DNA of 64,000 nt from Daphnia carinata (lineage: Eukaryota). The notes beneath the pieces were generated by a model that saw nothing but the letters and a program-made list of their open reading frames with translations, had not been told where the DNA came from and made no database searches. This document shows positions 25,022 through 39,330 of this stretch, in pieces. A program made the translations under genes and the position numbers. The stretch is taken from positions 3,100,001 through 3,164,000 of the forward strand of contig NC_081332.1 in NCBI RefSeq assembly GCF_022539665.2, read 5' to 3'. How positions within the stretch are numbered: the stretch's first letter is position 1; the number at the start of each line of letters is the position of its first letter.

Positions 25022-28000
25022 ATTAAAATTAAAGAAGAAGATAACCCACTTCACGGCAACCCCACTCTTTTCGTCTGTTGTTGCTTTAACCTCCCCACCA
25101 TTCTACATAATGTGTCTGTAACGCATTAGATGGAAAAGCCAAAACTTTTGTTTTTTTTTTTCCCTCTTTCTTCTGGGGGGGGGGGGGGGGGGTTCTATCC
25201 CGTTCGGCATTTGTTATCAGACGCCAGGTGGATGTCGCCTGATAACCGGTTTCTTCGAAAAGAAAAAAAAAAACGCTTTGAATCTGTTTCTTTACCTTCA
25301 GTTTCGAAGGAGAAGCACGGGCACACCTGCCCAGCCAACGGCTTCAAAATTACAATCAATTTCATTTTGTTTTACATTTTCCATATACAGCTATCGCCCG
25401 GGCGGAACATTAAAAATATTTAAAAAAAAAAAAAAAAAAAAAGAAAGTGAAACGATTTTGAACCAGTTGAAAACAGATTGAAAACACCAACACGGATTTT
25501 CGGCCAACCGTGCACCCGTAACGCACCGTAAGACGAGCTAATCATTGTCCGCTACACGCAGTGTGTCCGTATTTATTTCTAAGCGTTCCTTTCGCACATT
25601 CTCTCCTGTTTACAGAACAAGACAAATCACTTAAATTGGAAAGGAAAACAAAAAATTGCAGAACAAGAGATGGTTGAAAGTGGCAAGTTCAAACAGTCGA
25701 ACCTTCTCTACTCCAGTTGACAGTCAGAGATGTGTTAACTTTTTAACAGGAAGCAAATCTACGGCCGTGTAACTTCCGCCGTTACGGAGTAAGTTGTCTG
25801 ACGTCAAATATACGAGTTAGGCTGTTGGGTGGAAAAAGAAACAATCGCTTTCTAACGAAAAGACGAAAATAATTCTGAAAATAAAAATAAAGAAAGTTGA
25901 CGACAGTACGAGAAATGTGCCGGGCAAAGTTATTTCCTCTGGAACACGAGAGTTGACGAGTTTTTAACGACCGCCTTTGATGTCGGATGTCGTTACAATT
26001 TTAAAAAACGTAAAAAAAACATTCCATCGGAGAGGAGCAAAACGGAGACAGACACGGGCGGAATTCAACCAGAACTTAACTGAGTGATGAACAAATAATA
26101 ATAGAAAAGAAAGATAAATGATTATCACGCCGACACTGGCAACGGCCACCAGATAAGAAAGGTCAACACGACGACGGCAATGCCCTGCGACCAGCTGCGC
26201 ATACGTCGTGCAAAACAACAAGAAAAGAAAGCCTCGAAATGACTGCAGAATGTTCCAATATTTACCTGTGCGCCCCTCCTCTTGGTACAGGGAATGCACT
26301 CGGAGTAAAAGGTGGGGGGGGGGGGGTCATCATAAAAATAAAAGAGAGTAAGATCTTTGTGAAAATACACAGCAGAAGGCCTATTTTTCTATCAGCTGTT
26401 TCAGAAATGAATCGATACTTTCTCCTGCAGGTTTTTGCTCTAGTTTTCCGTCAAACTGCTGCGGGTTGAAAGGTCAATCTCATTTTCGCGCTTTCCAAAC
26501 CACTACAGCTCGACGCACAGCAGTAGGTAACAGGGCAAACTGTGCGCAGTGAAAGGTCTCCACTTCCGTACAAATATCGGTCGCAGCCTATCTGTGCCAT
26601 TGACAGTGTCTTCGACATCGTACAATGAACAAAAAAAAAAGGGGGAGATTGAAAAAGAAAAAGAAAAAAAAAAGAAGAAGGCTGCGGATTGTAAGTAACT
26701 AAATAATAGAAGAACCCCTTTTTTTTTTTTTATCCCTCTATATTTGTTAGGTTAGCTCAAAAAGAAGTTTCAATTCCCCCCGTTTATTTTTGTGTTATCC
26801 GGGGGACGACGGTGTAGTGCCTTCACTCCGTCCTGCGCTATTGTTCTGACTCGACCTGATGGTACATGTCGCTCAATGTCTACACCATCGGAACAACCAT
26901 CTGCCCCGTGTGTGCGGTTTGAAAAACCCTTGGACCTGGCGCACACGCTATCCATGTGCGTATTTTCTCTACCGCCCTTTTATTCTGCTCTCTCTCTCTC
27001 CTTTATCGATAGGCACCCGCTACAAGAAGCGGATGATCAAACATAAAACTGGAATTATAGACGATGCACGAACCGGGTCGCTATGATACAGTTTTCGCCC
27101 CTCCGCAAAAACAACACAATCGATCCAGCAAGATCCCCAATAGCGCACGCAATTGCAAGCCGAAAAAACAAAACAAAACAAAAAAAAAAAATGGGCGTGA
27201 AACACACACGCAGCCATCATTTACATAACGATACACCCCTACGATAGCCCCAATCACGGCACGGACCGATTTGAAATATCGTATGCCAGTCGGTATAGGT
27301 CGTTATAGTTTTCCGATTGATCGAACGTGAAATCAATTAAAACTGGGACCGCGGCCGACAACAAATGATTTGGGATCACGTGACGGCCGGGAGAGAGGGT
27401 GTGTGTTACAGTCCACACGTGCCGAGGGGGCAACTTGGATTCTGCGTTAAGGTCGTTCGGCATTTTCCGAGAGTCCGATACGTGTAATGATACATATTGT
27501 TCGCTGATGTACACCGGATGAACGGTGGAGCAAGAAAAACCCAGGGTCAATGAGCTTTCGTCCGAGAGCTGAGAAGCAGCTCACGATCCATCGACGTTAC
27601 TGTCCAACATTTCCCTGCTGCACACGATCCAGCCGGCCGTGATGAACTATTCATAAACGCAAGTCGAATGTGAATACTGCGCGTATTAGCCATTTATTTC
27701 CTTCCTTTTCTTATTCCGGGCTGCACGTATACCTTTCCCTTTTTTTTTTTTTTGTTCGTTGAGTCAATAATATGAAATAAAAAGTACATCGTCGGTTTAC
27801 ATGGCGATGACGTTTACAAATGTCTTTTTGCCCCCCAATTTCTTTGAGGGGGCAAAAAAAAAAAAAAAAAAAAGAAAAGAAAACACAACAAAAGAAAAAG
27901 AGGCCAACTGCGCATTTTGATGGTATACAGAAAAAAACGTGCCTGCATACATTGCTCAATCTATAGTTGATCATCAAAAGAAATATCGCAATGTGTGTGT

Positions 28001-28780
28001 ATACAAGGAGGGCTGCTGCAGACAGACATCGATACATTGACGCATCGACGACATGCATTTGTATGCACAATATATTCCATAAAGTGGGGGAGGGCTGGCT
28101 GTGGATAGCCTCTCTCCCCCATCACGGGGACGAAAGAAAAAAGCATAACAATGCCACTATATATCTCCCATGCACGTAGCAAGCCATTCGGTACGCTGTG
28201 GCCATATAGATATGCAACTACTCGCAGAGTCTTTGGACTTCTGCATAAACGCTACGATGGAAATAGTCAACGAAATCCAGAGCAAATAACGTTGCATAGA
28301 TTTTGCTTTTTTCCCAAGGACCACCCCAACGCTATGGTGTGTGAAAGGGGGGGGGCAGTGGAGTTAACACGACAAAAAGAAGAGATAAATTTCGAAACCG
28401 ACATGTAAGAAAAAAAAAAAACGAATTCAATCTAGCGAATTGGACAGCTCGACCGCCGTGCAGAAAAAAAGAGGGACCTGGTTATACATATCGAATAACA
28501 ATCGGATAGACATTGCCCTATATATCGACATCCATAACTGTCCGAAACTATACATCCATTTTTTTTGTTTGCCTTTTGATATCGAAACGTCCAGCCCCCC
28601 CCCCCCCCCCTCTTTTCGAATGCCAATGGTTTCCGCCCATTCAGTTTGCACAAGAGGCCCCCAAGTCGTTCGCATTCATTCAAGGTTGATGACAATAGAA
28701 TTACGAGCCCTCCAACCTACAGAAGCAGCGAAATGGACTGTTACTTTCTGCCTCTTGTACACTACTCCCAACTATTTCTT

Positions 28781-28811
<31 letters not shown>

Positions 28812-29829
28812 CTATCTATTGTGATGTCATCTTCTATCGGTCCGGGCCGATATATTTATGGCTCTGTTTTGTTAGATCAACGGATATTTACTGTGGAGGA
28901 TTTGTACAGAGGTATTGCGTGTTGCCTAACCCCCCCCCTTCTTTTTGGCTATTTATCAGAGGGACGGGGGCAGGGTGTGTATCTATACACAAGACCTCGT
29001 ACACATAACTGACCCCCAAGGAAAATAAAAATAAATTTTTTTTTTTTTTTTTTGGGAGCTCGGGACGGGGGGTTCATTTGTGGTTCGTTTCTCTTGTATT
29101 CAAAACGCGGCAGACATTCTTTCTTATTTTTCTACATTCTGAGATTTCGGGGCGTTTGTTTGTCGGATTTGTATGCAGTTGTCCTCCCCACTGACCTCTT
29201 CGATTTTTTTTTTTTTCCCTTTGAAATGAAAGAAAAAAAAAATGTTTCTATTTAAAGGATCGCGAGACGAAGATGTATCCTTATTCTTCGTCACTGAACT
29301 GGAACGAAATCGAAGAAACGGCTTCGAGAGGCTCTTTTTCTACACACATATCCCGCCTACCAACTTGTGAATAATAATTTTTTTTTTTTTTTTAACTTTT
29401 TTTTCTAACAGCGACGTCTTCTATACACTGAATTATTTCGCCTTCTTTAACTCGATTTTTAAGAAAAAAAAAAAAAAAACTAGACTAAGGGGTTAGGAAA
29501 ACGACAAATCTATAGGGAAAGGCACGTGAATGGCAACGTGAATAGGAACGTTGCAACATTTTGTTTTTGATTATTCGTTTCGATTCGCGAGAGCCATGGT
29601 CGACTACCTCCGACATTCGGTTCATTTACTTTTTTACGCCCTTCAGACTTTATTACATAACGATTTGGATACACACTCCGTTTCAGGCGAAAGAGAAAAG
29701 AGGAAGGGACGCGGGGTGGGGGTATCAAATGTTTTTTTTTCTTTTCCCTCTGCCAAGAAAAATATGAGACCGTCATAAATGACAAGGACTCTTTTATTTT
29801 TCTCGTCTTTATTTCCTTTTTTTTTTTTA

Positions 29830-29861
29830 GTCGACTTGGCTAGTCGACTGGCCAAGTCGGC
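29830..29861. other. 32-bp near-perfect palindrome
   Basis: gtcgacttggctagtc|gactggccaagtcggc; 14/16 Watson-Crick pairs, the other two are T-G. Confidence 0.85.
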
Positions 29862-31128
29862 AGGTGATGCAAAACTTTGGAAAGAAAAGAAACAGACAGA
29901 TGAAACCTTCACCATCTACAAAGAAACTTTCAAAAAACAAAAAAAAAAAAAAAAAATGAAATTCTTTTATTAAAAGAAATAAAAGAATTTGTTTTATTCT
30001 TTTCATTTCTTTGTTTTTACGATTTTCTTTTGTTCGGTTACGTCGCATCGCGAAAGATAACAAAACGATGGCGGGCGCATTTAGCAAAGTCTCGAAAAGA
30101 GAATAAAAACAAACAGAAAAATGGGAAAAAAAAATGATAACACGCCATAATTGTTATGACTTCCGTCGACATCAGTTCCAGCTTTTAGTTATGCCCCATC
30201 CCTCGTCAAGTATTTCGCCCGTCGCTACGATATCCACTTTTTTTCTCTTCGCTACAAACACATTTGCATAGACACACACACACACACACACGTGTATACG
30301 TAATGACCCATCCATCACGCGATCCTTATGCAGGTGCTATTAGAAAACGAGACAGAATAAAAATGGGGAAAAAACATGTCATTGTGTTTCTTTTCTATCC
30401 GCTCAGAAAAAAAAAAAAAAAAAAAAAAAAAGGCAGAACATTTCGTTTTGCATAAACTGATGTACCCAAACAAGAAGCTCAAGTGTCTGCAGACGCTCGA
30501 GTGCTGACGCAGTGGCAGCTGCAACTCTTCAACTCGGGCCAGACTCGCATCGCTATCGCATTAGCGTCGAAAAAAATAAAATAATAATAACACTATCGCA
30601 GCATATAATTACAAGTATCTTTTTCCTATTTAATTTAAAGCCTTTTTTTTTTCTTAAAAAAAAAAAACCCTTCATTTTCATTGGACGCGCTTCATCGGCA
30701 CACGCTGAGAGAGACACTTTGGTCTAATGACGAGATTGACAAGAAAACTATGGGACGTCAAACAGAGTTGTCTCAACTCGAGTCTTGTCTTCTCTGACAT
30801 TCGCTTTGTTAATCATCATTCCAAAAGCAAACAGTGCGGCACAGCACCGCAATGGCTTACACGCGCAATTCTTGTCTTTAACAAAAAAAAAACCAAAATA
30901 AAATAAAAGCTTTCGCACACTGGTGGAACAGAGCACATATGAAATGGCAAATGTTTGCCATACCGATGGAGGAGACGCCGCTTTTTGTTGACGCATACAC
31001 GCAGACGAAAGGACGGACTTGGCTATTTGTCGTGATAAGCAGATCAATAACGTTAACCCATTTAATAATTTGCACGGTGCAAGTACACCCGTAGTGGGGA
31101 GAGGTAATTATTGTACACAGTACGTACT

Positions 31129-31195
31129 CGAACCGAACCGAACCGAACCGAACCGAACCTAACCTAATTTAATTTAATTTAATTTAATTTAATTT
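31129..31195. repeat. Compound pentanucleotide microsatellite (AACCG)n-(AACCT)2-(AATTT)6
   Basis: Seen directly. Confidence 0.9.
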
Positions 31196-34100
31196 GATTT
31201 TTTTTTCTTTTCTTTTCTGGCCTACCCTACCGAAAACAGCGGGAAATTGTTGACAGTAAATAGAAAAGAAAAAAAAAAAACGAGAACAACTCACGAAGGA
31301 AATTGGCATTGTCACCTAGAACTAACACGAAAAGACCCAAGACGAACGTCAACGAAGCGCGTCGCACGTAACGCGGTGAAATGGAAACCAAGGGAGAAAT
31401 AAAAAAACGCCCCTCAGCAAACGCTTTGTTGTTTTTCTTTATCCACGATTGTTCCGACAATCCCTCTGATTGCGTCCTTCTAAAAACTGCAAAGTTATTC
31501 AAACGGATAGGGTATTTTTTGTTTGTTTTTATAGCCCCAATGTTTTTATCGTCGCATAAAAACAGCGACTATCCGCGATCGCCCAATATCCTCAACAATG
31601 TCATATCTGCGGGAAATGGAATGGCGATGAACCGGCGGCCATTCAAAATGGCTTTCAGGTCAGCTCGTAAATCGTCCGCATTGTGACAGATTGCTAAGTC
31701 CCCGTTTGATTTTTTTTTTCCCCCCAAAGACGGGGCACGGGTACACGAAAAACGCTCAGGTGGGTGAGTCGTGGTGGCAAAAGTCGAAAGGGGCCCTGGA
31801 CAAGAGAGAACGCCAGGTGCTTGTATAGAAACAAAAAAAAAAAAACCGGTTATCCTCGTCTTCCTGGACACGCCATATGAGCGATAAGTCGGCCAAAGGT
31901 CGTCTCTCTCTTTATCAGCGGTTAGGAAATCGACAGACTTAAATAACAACGGACAGCAGCCGTTAGACACACAAGCGATCGACGTGACGAGATGGGGCCA
32001 TAGGCCGTCAGGTGTTTGGAACACCAGCTGCCGTCCAGCAAACAAACAAAACAAAATCTCTTTTAAACTGCGAGTGTAGGTTTTTGGAAATGTTTTAATT
32101 CTATGCCACACGCGTCTGCGTCCCGATTGCTCGCCGTGTACCTCACCGTCTAAAGATGCGGGTGTGGCTGTGAGAAATTCAAAATGAAAATGGTGGCTCT
32201 TTACGGTCATTTCTCGACAATAAAAACTGCGGGCGACACAATTTGAATGGACTATTAGAAACCCGCACTATTTGTTTTTTATCGATCGGAAGGTTTAATA
32301 ATAAAATATACGAAATGAAGGGACCGTCATCGCGCGTAAAAGATGAAATAAAAAATGAAATTTTTTTTTTCTGGGTTGTTGGAGGGAGGTGGGGGGGGGG
32401 GGAACTGGGGCCGCACTCCGGGATTTGATGACGTTCCCTCGTGAATGGCTTAAAGGACGCAGCTGGCGGTCCACTACGGACAGAGTGACACTTCCGCTTT
32501 TGATTCATGTGAATAAATCGATCAGGGGAGCGCAAAACAAAAGGGACGGCCAGATATTTTTATATCTGGCCGTGAATAATGGCCGCAACAAACGCGCACA
32601 ATGTGACCGTCGTGATCCGAACGCACACAACAAAGGAGGAAAAAAAAAAAAAATCAAGGGGGGGGGAGGGGGGGAGAAGAAGAGCATCCACAAAATGAAA
32701 GACAATCAAAATAAATAATTACGATCATCATCATTCATCAACCCGTTACATCTCAAACTACAGGGGGAAGGGAGAGACCAAAACAGCAACGTATTTTGTC
32801 ATGTTTGTGGTCTAAAATTGTATAAAAAAAAAAAAAAAAAAGAGTCTGGAACAGAGTGCCATTAATTATGTTGCGCATTGAATTTCGGACAACATATGTA
32901 GAGGACAAGTTGCGCCGGATTAAGACCTACAAGAGGACCCACCGCGTAATATGCTCGGCAATGGATAAGACAACGTCCGGCCCGAAAGCCTTGGCATTTA
33001 AAAATGATATCAGAGCGCTTCGTTATGAGATGGGCGGAGGAGAAATCACGACCAAATGTCCATCCGTAAATTGCATGTGAACCGGAGTCCCCGGTTGACG
33101 GGGATTGACTGCTAAAGGCATTTGGAATTACCCGGAAGAAGAGGAAGTTTGGGCAACGAGAGAAAAAGGGAGAAAAAAAAAGGGGGGGGGGGAAGGAAAG
33201 GACGGAAGAATTCCGGAAAAAAAAAATATTCATCCTCGTTTTAAAGAAAAAGAAAAAAATACCGAGAAATGAAGTGGCTTTCGACGTTGTTCCTGTGTGA
33301 AACTGAGCGTTAACAACTCACATGATTATCAAATGCAGTTGAAGGTCAGTTCCGGACTAGGCTATCCTTTTAACTTTTTCTTTTTCCCCAAAAAAGAAAT
33401 AAATAAATTCAAATTCCCATCCGGCGCAATATTTTAGCTTTCGTTTGTTGTCATCTTATTTTCTTGTTTGGAAAGAGAGGGACAGTTGGGGTTGTGTCAT
33501 TTATATAGCTTTTTTTGTAGGGGGGTTATTTTCAGAGGGAGATTTACCCACCCAAACTTGACCAACTTCTAACCTAATCCGGATACATAGACGAACTGGG
33601 ATTACTAGTCAGTTCCGGACCACATCCGATATCCTCAGACTTATTGCCTTAGAGTAACACATACATTACGGACGCCGGCATTTTTAATAGTACGCAGTTC
33701 AACGTGTACAACGAGAAGGGGGGGGGGGGGAGGACTTGGTCAAACGCAGTCAATTACGGAATTTTAGCCGACTTGGAAAAAAAAAAGGATAACGTAATTT
33801 GATCCAACGAACAAGCTAAATTACATACCAACAAGCCCTTCCTTTTTCCACACATCCCCTCTCTTTCCCCTCGGCACACGAAAAAACAAAACAAGGAGAT
33901 CGCGCAAACGTGCGGTTTTACTTTTCAAACATTTGGATATGCTCTTTCACGACCTCCGCCATCCCCCCCCCCTCGCCATCCTAACCCACAAACACATGAG
34001 GCAGAACAGTGTAAACAGGTGATGGGGCGTTTGGCTCCTGCTAACCTCTGGCTGCCCCACCCTAGTCGTGTCTCTTACATCCAGATGGGTTTAAATTTAT

Positions 34101-36599
34101 TTTATTTATTTATTTTTTTTTTGGAGGGGAAAGGATCTGACACGGCGCGTTTCCGGAAGTATCGGATGAGTTCTGGTTGATGGGCGGATGAACAAGTTAA
34201 AACAAAAAACCAAACATACGGTTAAGGAGGGGTAAGGCAGAAAAAAAAAAAAGGGCAAAGAAAACTGGAACAAGCGAAAACAAAAGCCACAAAGAGGAGA
34301 CGTGTAAGTTGAGTTGGAAAGAAAATTGTACGTGTCACGCCGATCTAATCTAAATGGACACGGGTCAGCTGTTCTGTAAGAAACCCCCCACCACCCGGCT
34401 TCATGACTTTAGGTAGATGTGGAGCAAAAAAAAATAGGGGTTGAGGGCACAAACCCCCCCCCCCCCCCCGTTTAACCATTTGACCCTGGAATTGGTTTCG
34501 TGTTCAAAGTGGGTGGATCTCATGACTCATGATGGACTCGGTTACATTACGGTCGATTGTAACGGGGGGAAAAAGTAAAGACTCTAACTTTTCGGTGTGT
34601 TCAAAGTTTTACCACCAGCGTTACTGATGATGAGGAAATCGAGAAGCGGGCAGACGGCCGGCCAAAACAGCACGCGCCGGTGCGTGATGACGAGAGGGCA
34701 CATCAATTGGGCGCTGCCTCTCCGACGCGCAAACAGCACACAAGTCAACGGATAGAGAAATAAAGAACATGTGGGGGCCCTTCCGGTTTGGTCACCCCCC
34801 CCCCCACGTAAAACCATCGTAAAATGAAACGATCAAATCAAACGAAATCAAATTTTGCGCGATGAAAAAAAAAAAAAAAAAAAAAAAAAAATGGGGCGCT
34901 GTTCAGAGGCGAATTTTCAATCATAGGAAACGATTGATAGCTGGAAAAAAAGAGACACTGTTTAACGGAAGTAGACGCCATTTGATTTTTCAACTGACTG
35001 AGATCGGCTCGGCGAAGAGAAAAACGAAACCGTCAGCTGACGGTTGTTATCGTTTATTTTAAAAAGAAAAAGAACGGAAATTCGAGTGTGTGTTATAAGA
35101 AAAAAAAAAATGGAAGAAGAGCAGAAGCAGCTGCTGCTGCTGTTTGGCTCCTATTCTTCGAGACTGGCTCCTTATGATGTACAATACGCAGAGAACCTGC
35201 TGCCAGGGCCGTTCCTCTCAAATCAAGCCTTTCTTTTTGTTTTGTTTCAAAAGTCCATTCAAAATGCCACCGTGTTCTTTCTTGAGATTGGGATCGCATC
35301 AGTGCAAGTTCCCCATCATTTGTTTCAACGTTTCCAATGAATCGGTTGTAACTAATAAAAATCGATTGCTTTATTGCTGCGCTTGTTCACTAGAAAAGGG
35401 AGAGGTTGACTCGATTGCTCATCAAGGAGACGGGCGAGTGCCAAGGTGGTGCCTTTTCCAAGCAGATGGTCAACGAAAAACAAAATGGAAGCAGCTAAAA
35501 GGAGAGTGGAACAAAAGCGAATAGGAAGCCTCTTGTTCATGTCACTCACTTCATTAAAAAAAAAAAAAAAAAAAAAACAAAACAAAAAGGAACAAAACAG
35601 CAGAAGCCAATCAGAAGTGCCCGGCCGAAAACGCGTGTCTTTGAAAAAGCCCCCAGAATTAATTTGAAAAAAAAAAAAAAGAAAGAAAAAGAGCAAAGCT
35701 TCTTAAAAACCGGAAGGCGCGTGCTGCTGGCCAGCCTTTCCATCTGACACGTGTTGTCTTTGTTATTTCTAAAGAGGGCAGATGATGCGCGCATTGGTCT
35801 CATCACGCGCCCTGATGGAAGCCAACGTCTTCAGCGCAGCTCAGCCAAGGTTATTCACATATGAAAATGTGCGAAGACTTTATCATTCGTGAATAAAAAA
35901 GCAAATCTATTAGATACACTTGCGCTACGCCCAAACTTCGTGATTTTTCAAACTACAATGCCGTACGGATAAACAGGTGCAGGGGACGAATCCAACTTAA
36001 TTCCGGCATTGGCCCTAAATATTTTACAGTTGTCCGCCAACTACACGTCCCCCCCCCCCTCTTCCCTATCGAATGCAAGTTGTTTCCTCGCAGATTTACG
36101 ACTCATCTCACCGCTACATTATGCATTCAGCATAATGTAGGACGATCGTGAGTTTAACACACACACACACAGAGAAAAAACAGAGCTGTCCAGTGGACGG
36201 TGTCCAACTGCAAACGATAAACCAACAAAAATAAGAATATTTGGAGAAATAAAAAGAAAAAAGAGAAAGGGGGGAACGACTTTCACTCCATTGCCGATGA
36301 TGAATTGGAGTAGACGAAAACTTTTGTTTTACTGTCGACACACGGAGGAGGAGCGGCGATGCGTGGACCAAGTTATTTTGGCCTAGTTTTCGATTGAGCT
36401 ATACGCGGGGCACGATACAAAAGTTACGGCTAAGCTGTTCGCCGATGGAAACGTGCGTCATTAGCGCCCCCCCCCCCCCCGCAAAACAAGCGCACTACAT
36501 TATCCGCCTTGAACTTTGAAAAGCCACTACGATGCACCGGGCGAACAAACAAGAATAAAGCGCACACCAGAATGATGGATAATGCTATCAAAGCGCATT

Positions 36600-36637
<38 letters not shown>

Positions 36638-36942
36638 CAAGTAAAGACAACCATCATTAATGCGAAAATGGCCTAACCGAACTGAATTATTCATAAAAAT
36701 CAAATTCAAAAGACAGAAACAAAAAGGAGGTGAGACAAGCGACCATATCTCTTTGTTTCCTTTATGCAAAAAACGACAGCTATTGTACACCGGTAGAAAA
36801 TGTTGTTTTGAAACAGTTTGCCTTGCCCGCGTTCGTGTGTTCTCTCGCGCTGGGATTACACGGCCCACGTCTTTCCATCATCCTGAAGCCTTCACCCCAC
36901 CCTGTGTACAACCGGCGCACTTACAGACTTATTACTCTATTT

Positions 36943-36946
36943 GTGT

Positions 36947-36976
<30 letters not shown>
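36943..36976. repeat. (GT)n microsatellite (similar runs at ~28790, ~38440, ~39300)
   Basis: Seen directly. Confidence 0.9.
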
Positions 36977-36977
<1 letters not shown>

Positions 36978-37354
36978 GTTGCAGAAGAAAATAAATGGAA
37001 CGGCTCACGCGAACCGTGCAAAAACAGTCAGCCTTGCGTGACCCTTGTACACGCAGCCAAAATAAAAGCTGTCGTGGATTCATGCAATCCTTATAGTTGG
37101 GTCAGAAACGCACACATCTTCTCGCTTGCTATAAAGAAAAATCAATATTTCACGAGCATCTGATTAGAATTTCCGCGAGTGACGTGTGTGTGCGTGCCGC
37201 CTTATTTGAAATGCGCGCGCGCCTACACGGGCGCAATGACAATAGGCAAATGACATGGACGCATCCGCATTTCAGGTGGTCGATGCAACTCTCGTCGTCT
37301 ACTTTATCACACACACAAAAAAAAAAAAGGATCAAGAGAACAGTTGGTCTGTTC

Positions 37355-37390
<36 letters not shown>

Positions 37391-39296
37391 AGAGAGAGAT
37401 TTCAACATGAAATATTCAATTGGTTTTGCGGCTGTTCTATTGTTGCGCCCGCTTTTGCCCATCCAAACACGGTAATCATTAACAAGCGTGACGGTGCCGT
37501 ATGGCGATACCGACCCCTACGTTTTCCCTTTGTTACGTCAATGTAGCGTGAAAAAAAGAAAGGACACAAATGTCCAGGGAAGTTTTTTAAATTTTCCCAC
37601 ACACGATTATCGAACGGCCACATTTGTTCATTCATCATTTGATGAGCTCGAATGTTTGGCTGATTAAAAGAAAAAAAAAATGCCTGTTAATTTCAATGAA
37701 ATTTGAATAGACCAGGTAAGTAGAGGATTTCCCAAGTAAAAAGAAAAGTCAAACCAGCTGCTGTTCAACTACCATTTTCTAAATAAAAATTACCTCAAAA
37801 AAGAGGGAGCCAACACAAATGATGAGTCGCAGAAAACGGCCTTCGTCCGCTGAAAGACTCGCCGCCTCTCCCCCCTTTTTGTTTGTAGCCCATTTGATTT
37901 TTAAAAATAAAATAACCTCAAAGTGGGGAATTTTTGAAAATAATAAAAAAAAAAAAAAATCAAAAGATATACAATCAGTTTTAAGCGGGCGCTTATTTCT
38001 TTTTTTTTTTTTTTTTTTTTTACACATGGTGAATGAATGGCCTCTTGAAGAGGAAAATGGGAAATCGGACGAGGATGACACTTTGCTTTTCTTGTTTACC
38101 CTCCCCCACTTTCGTTATAGTCCTCACAGAGAGAGAGAGAGAGATGCCGCCTTTCTGTTTGATTCTCTTTTGTGTTATTACTAGTTTTTAAAAAAATATC
38201 TCTTAAGGAAAAATTGGAGGGGGTTGGCTATTAAAAAGAAAAGATCCAAACTTGGAAAGTCGATTGACCAATGCATACGTAGCAAAGCCCCCCCCCCCCC
38301 CCTGTTGATTTTATATGACGAGGGTGCACTGAAATTTTACTTCTCTCAAACCCACCCTCGGCTGATTAAATTTGATTTTTTTTTTCTCCTTCTTCGTTTT
38401 GTTTTTACAATCCAAATTAAATCTTCGCAACGCCTTTTGTGTGTGTGTGTGTGTGTGTCTATGGTGATTATTGCCTTTACCATTCCCTAGCTAATAATAA
38501 CTCCCCTCCAACTCATTTGCGTGGGGAGGGATATTTTTAACTCCTCGGTTTCAACTTGCTGACACAATTTCTATTCCAATTTCAACGGTTTTTTTTCCCC
38601 TTTTACAACCGTCTCCGAATGTCTTCTCTTTTTTTTTTTTCTTCAAAAATTTCAATTCAAACACGCCAGCAATGAGCTAATGTGCTTATCTACCCAGACA
38701 CGGACAAGTAGAAGCGGAAACTCCAAACTACGCAAGCGAACACAACACGCGTGACTCGGTTTCTTTTTTTTTTTCCTAACCCCCAAAACTTGGAGTGTCT
38801 ATCTCGCAGAGTCATTCATCAGCGACGTTTTAAAACTCGAAAAAAAAATATGGATGGATAATATTTAGGCCAACAAAAAAAAAAAATATATATATGCAAG
38901 CGAACCGTACAGAACCCACAAGACAAGTTTGCGTTACGCGTGTGTATGTGTGTGTATAATAGATTTCACGCCAACAATCACGCACGAATCGTAAAAGAAA
39001 AAAAGGGCGAGAGCGGTTGAGGCGACGAATAATGGCCGTTGCCAAACCCCACTTATGTGTTATCTCGTTATGTGCCGCATTTAAAAAACAAAAAAACAAA
39101 ACAAAAAACAAAGCCGCGCGCAGTTGTATATAAAATAAAGGACGCACACACAATTATCGTGACACGGCGCACTACGAAAAAGAGATAGAAAAAGAATGAG
39201 TTAATCTAATGCATTTCGTTCGTGTCATTGCATCCCCCGAACGTAATGCATAATAATTTCCCAGCCTGTCACGAAAATGTTTCAAATGTGTGCGTC

Positions 39297-39330
<34 letters not shown>

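Noticed and set aside
28440..29012. 190-aa ORF
   Set aside because: Non-ATG start, runs through poly-C and (GT)n, no protein-like features.
31569..32210. 213-aa minus-strand ORF in the desert
   Set aside because: Crosses homopolymer tracts, no motifs, no supporting splice structure; likely chance.
33345..33620. 13-bp direct repeat gtcagttccggac 263 bp apart
   Set aside because: No TIR, tail or other element structure between the copies; too weak to call.
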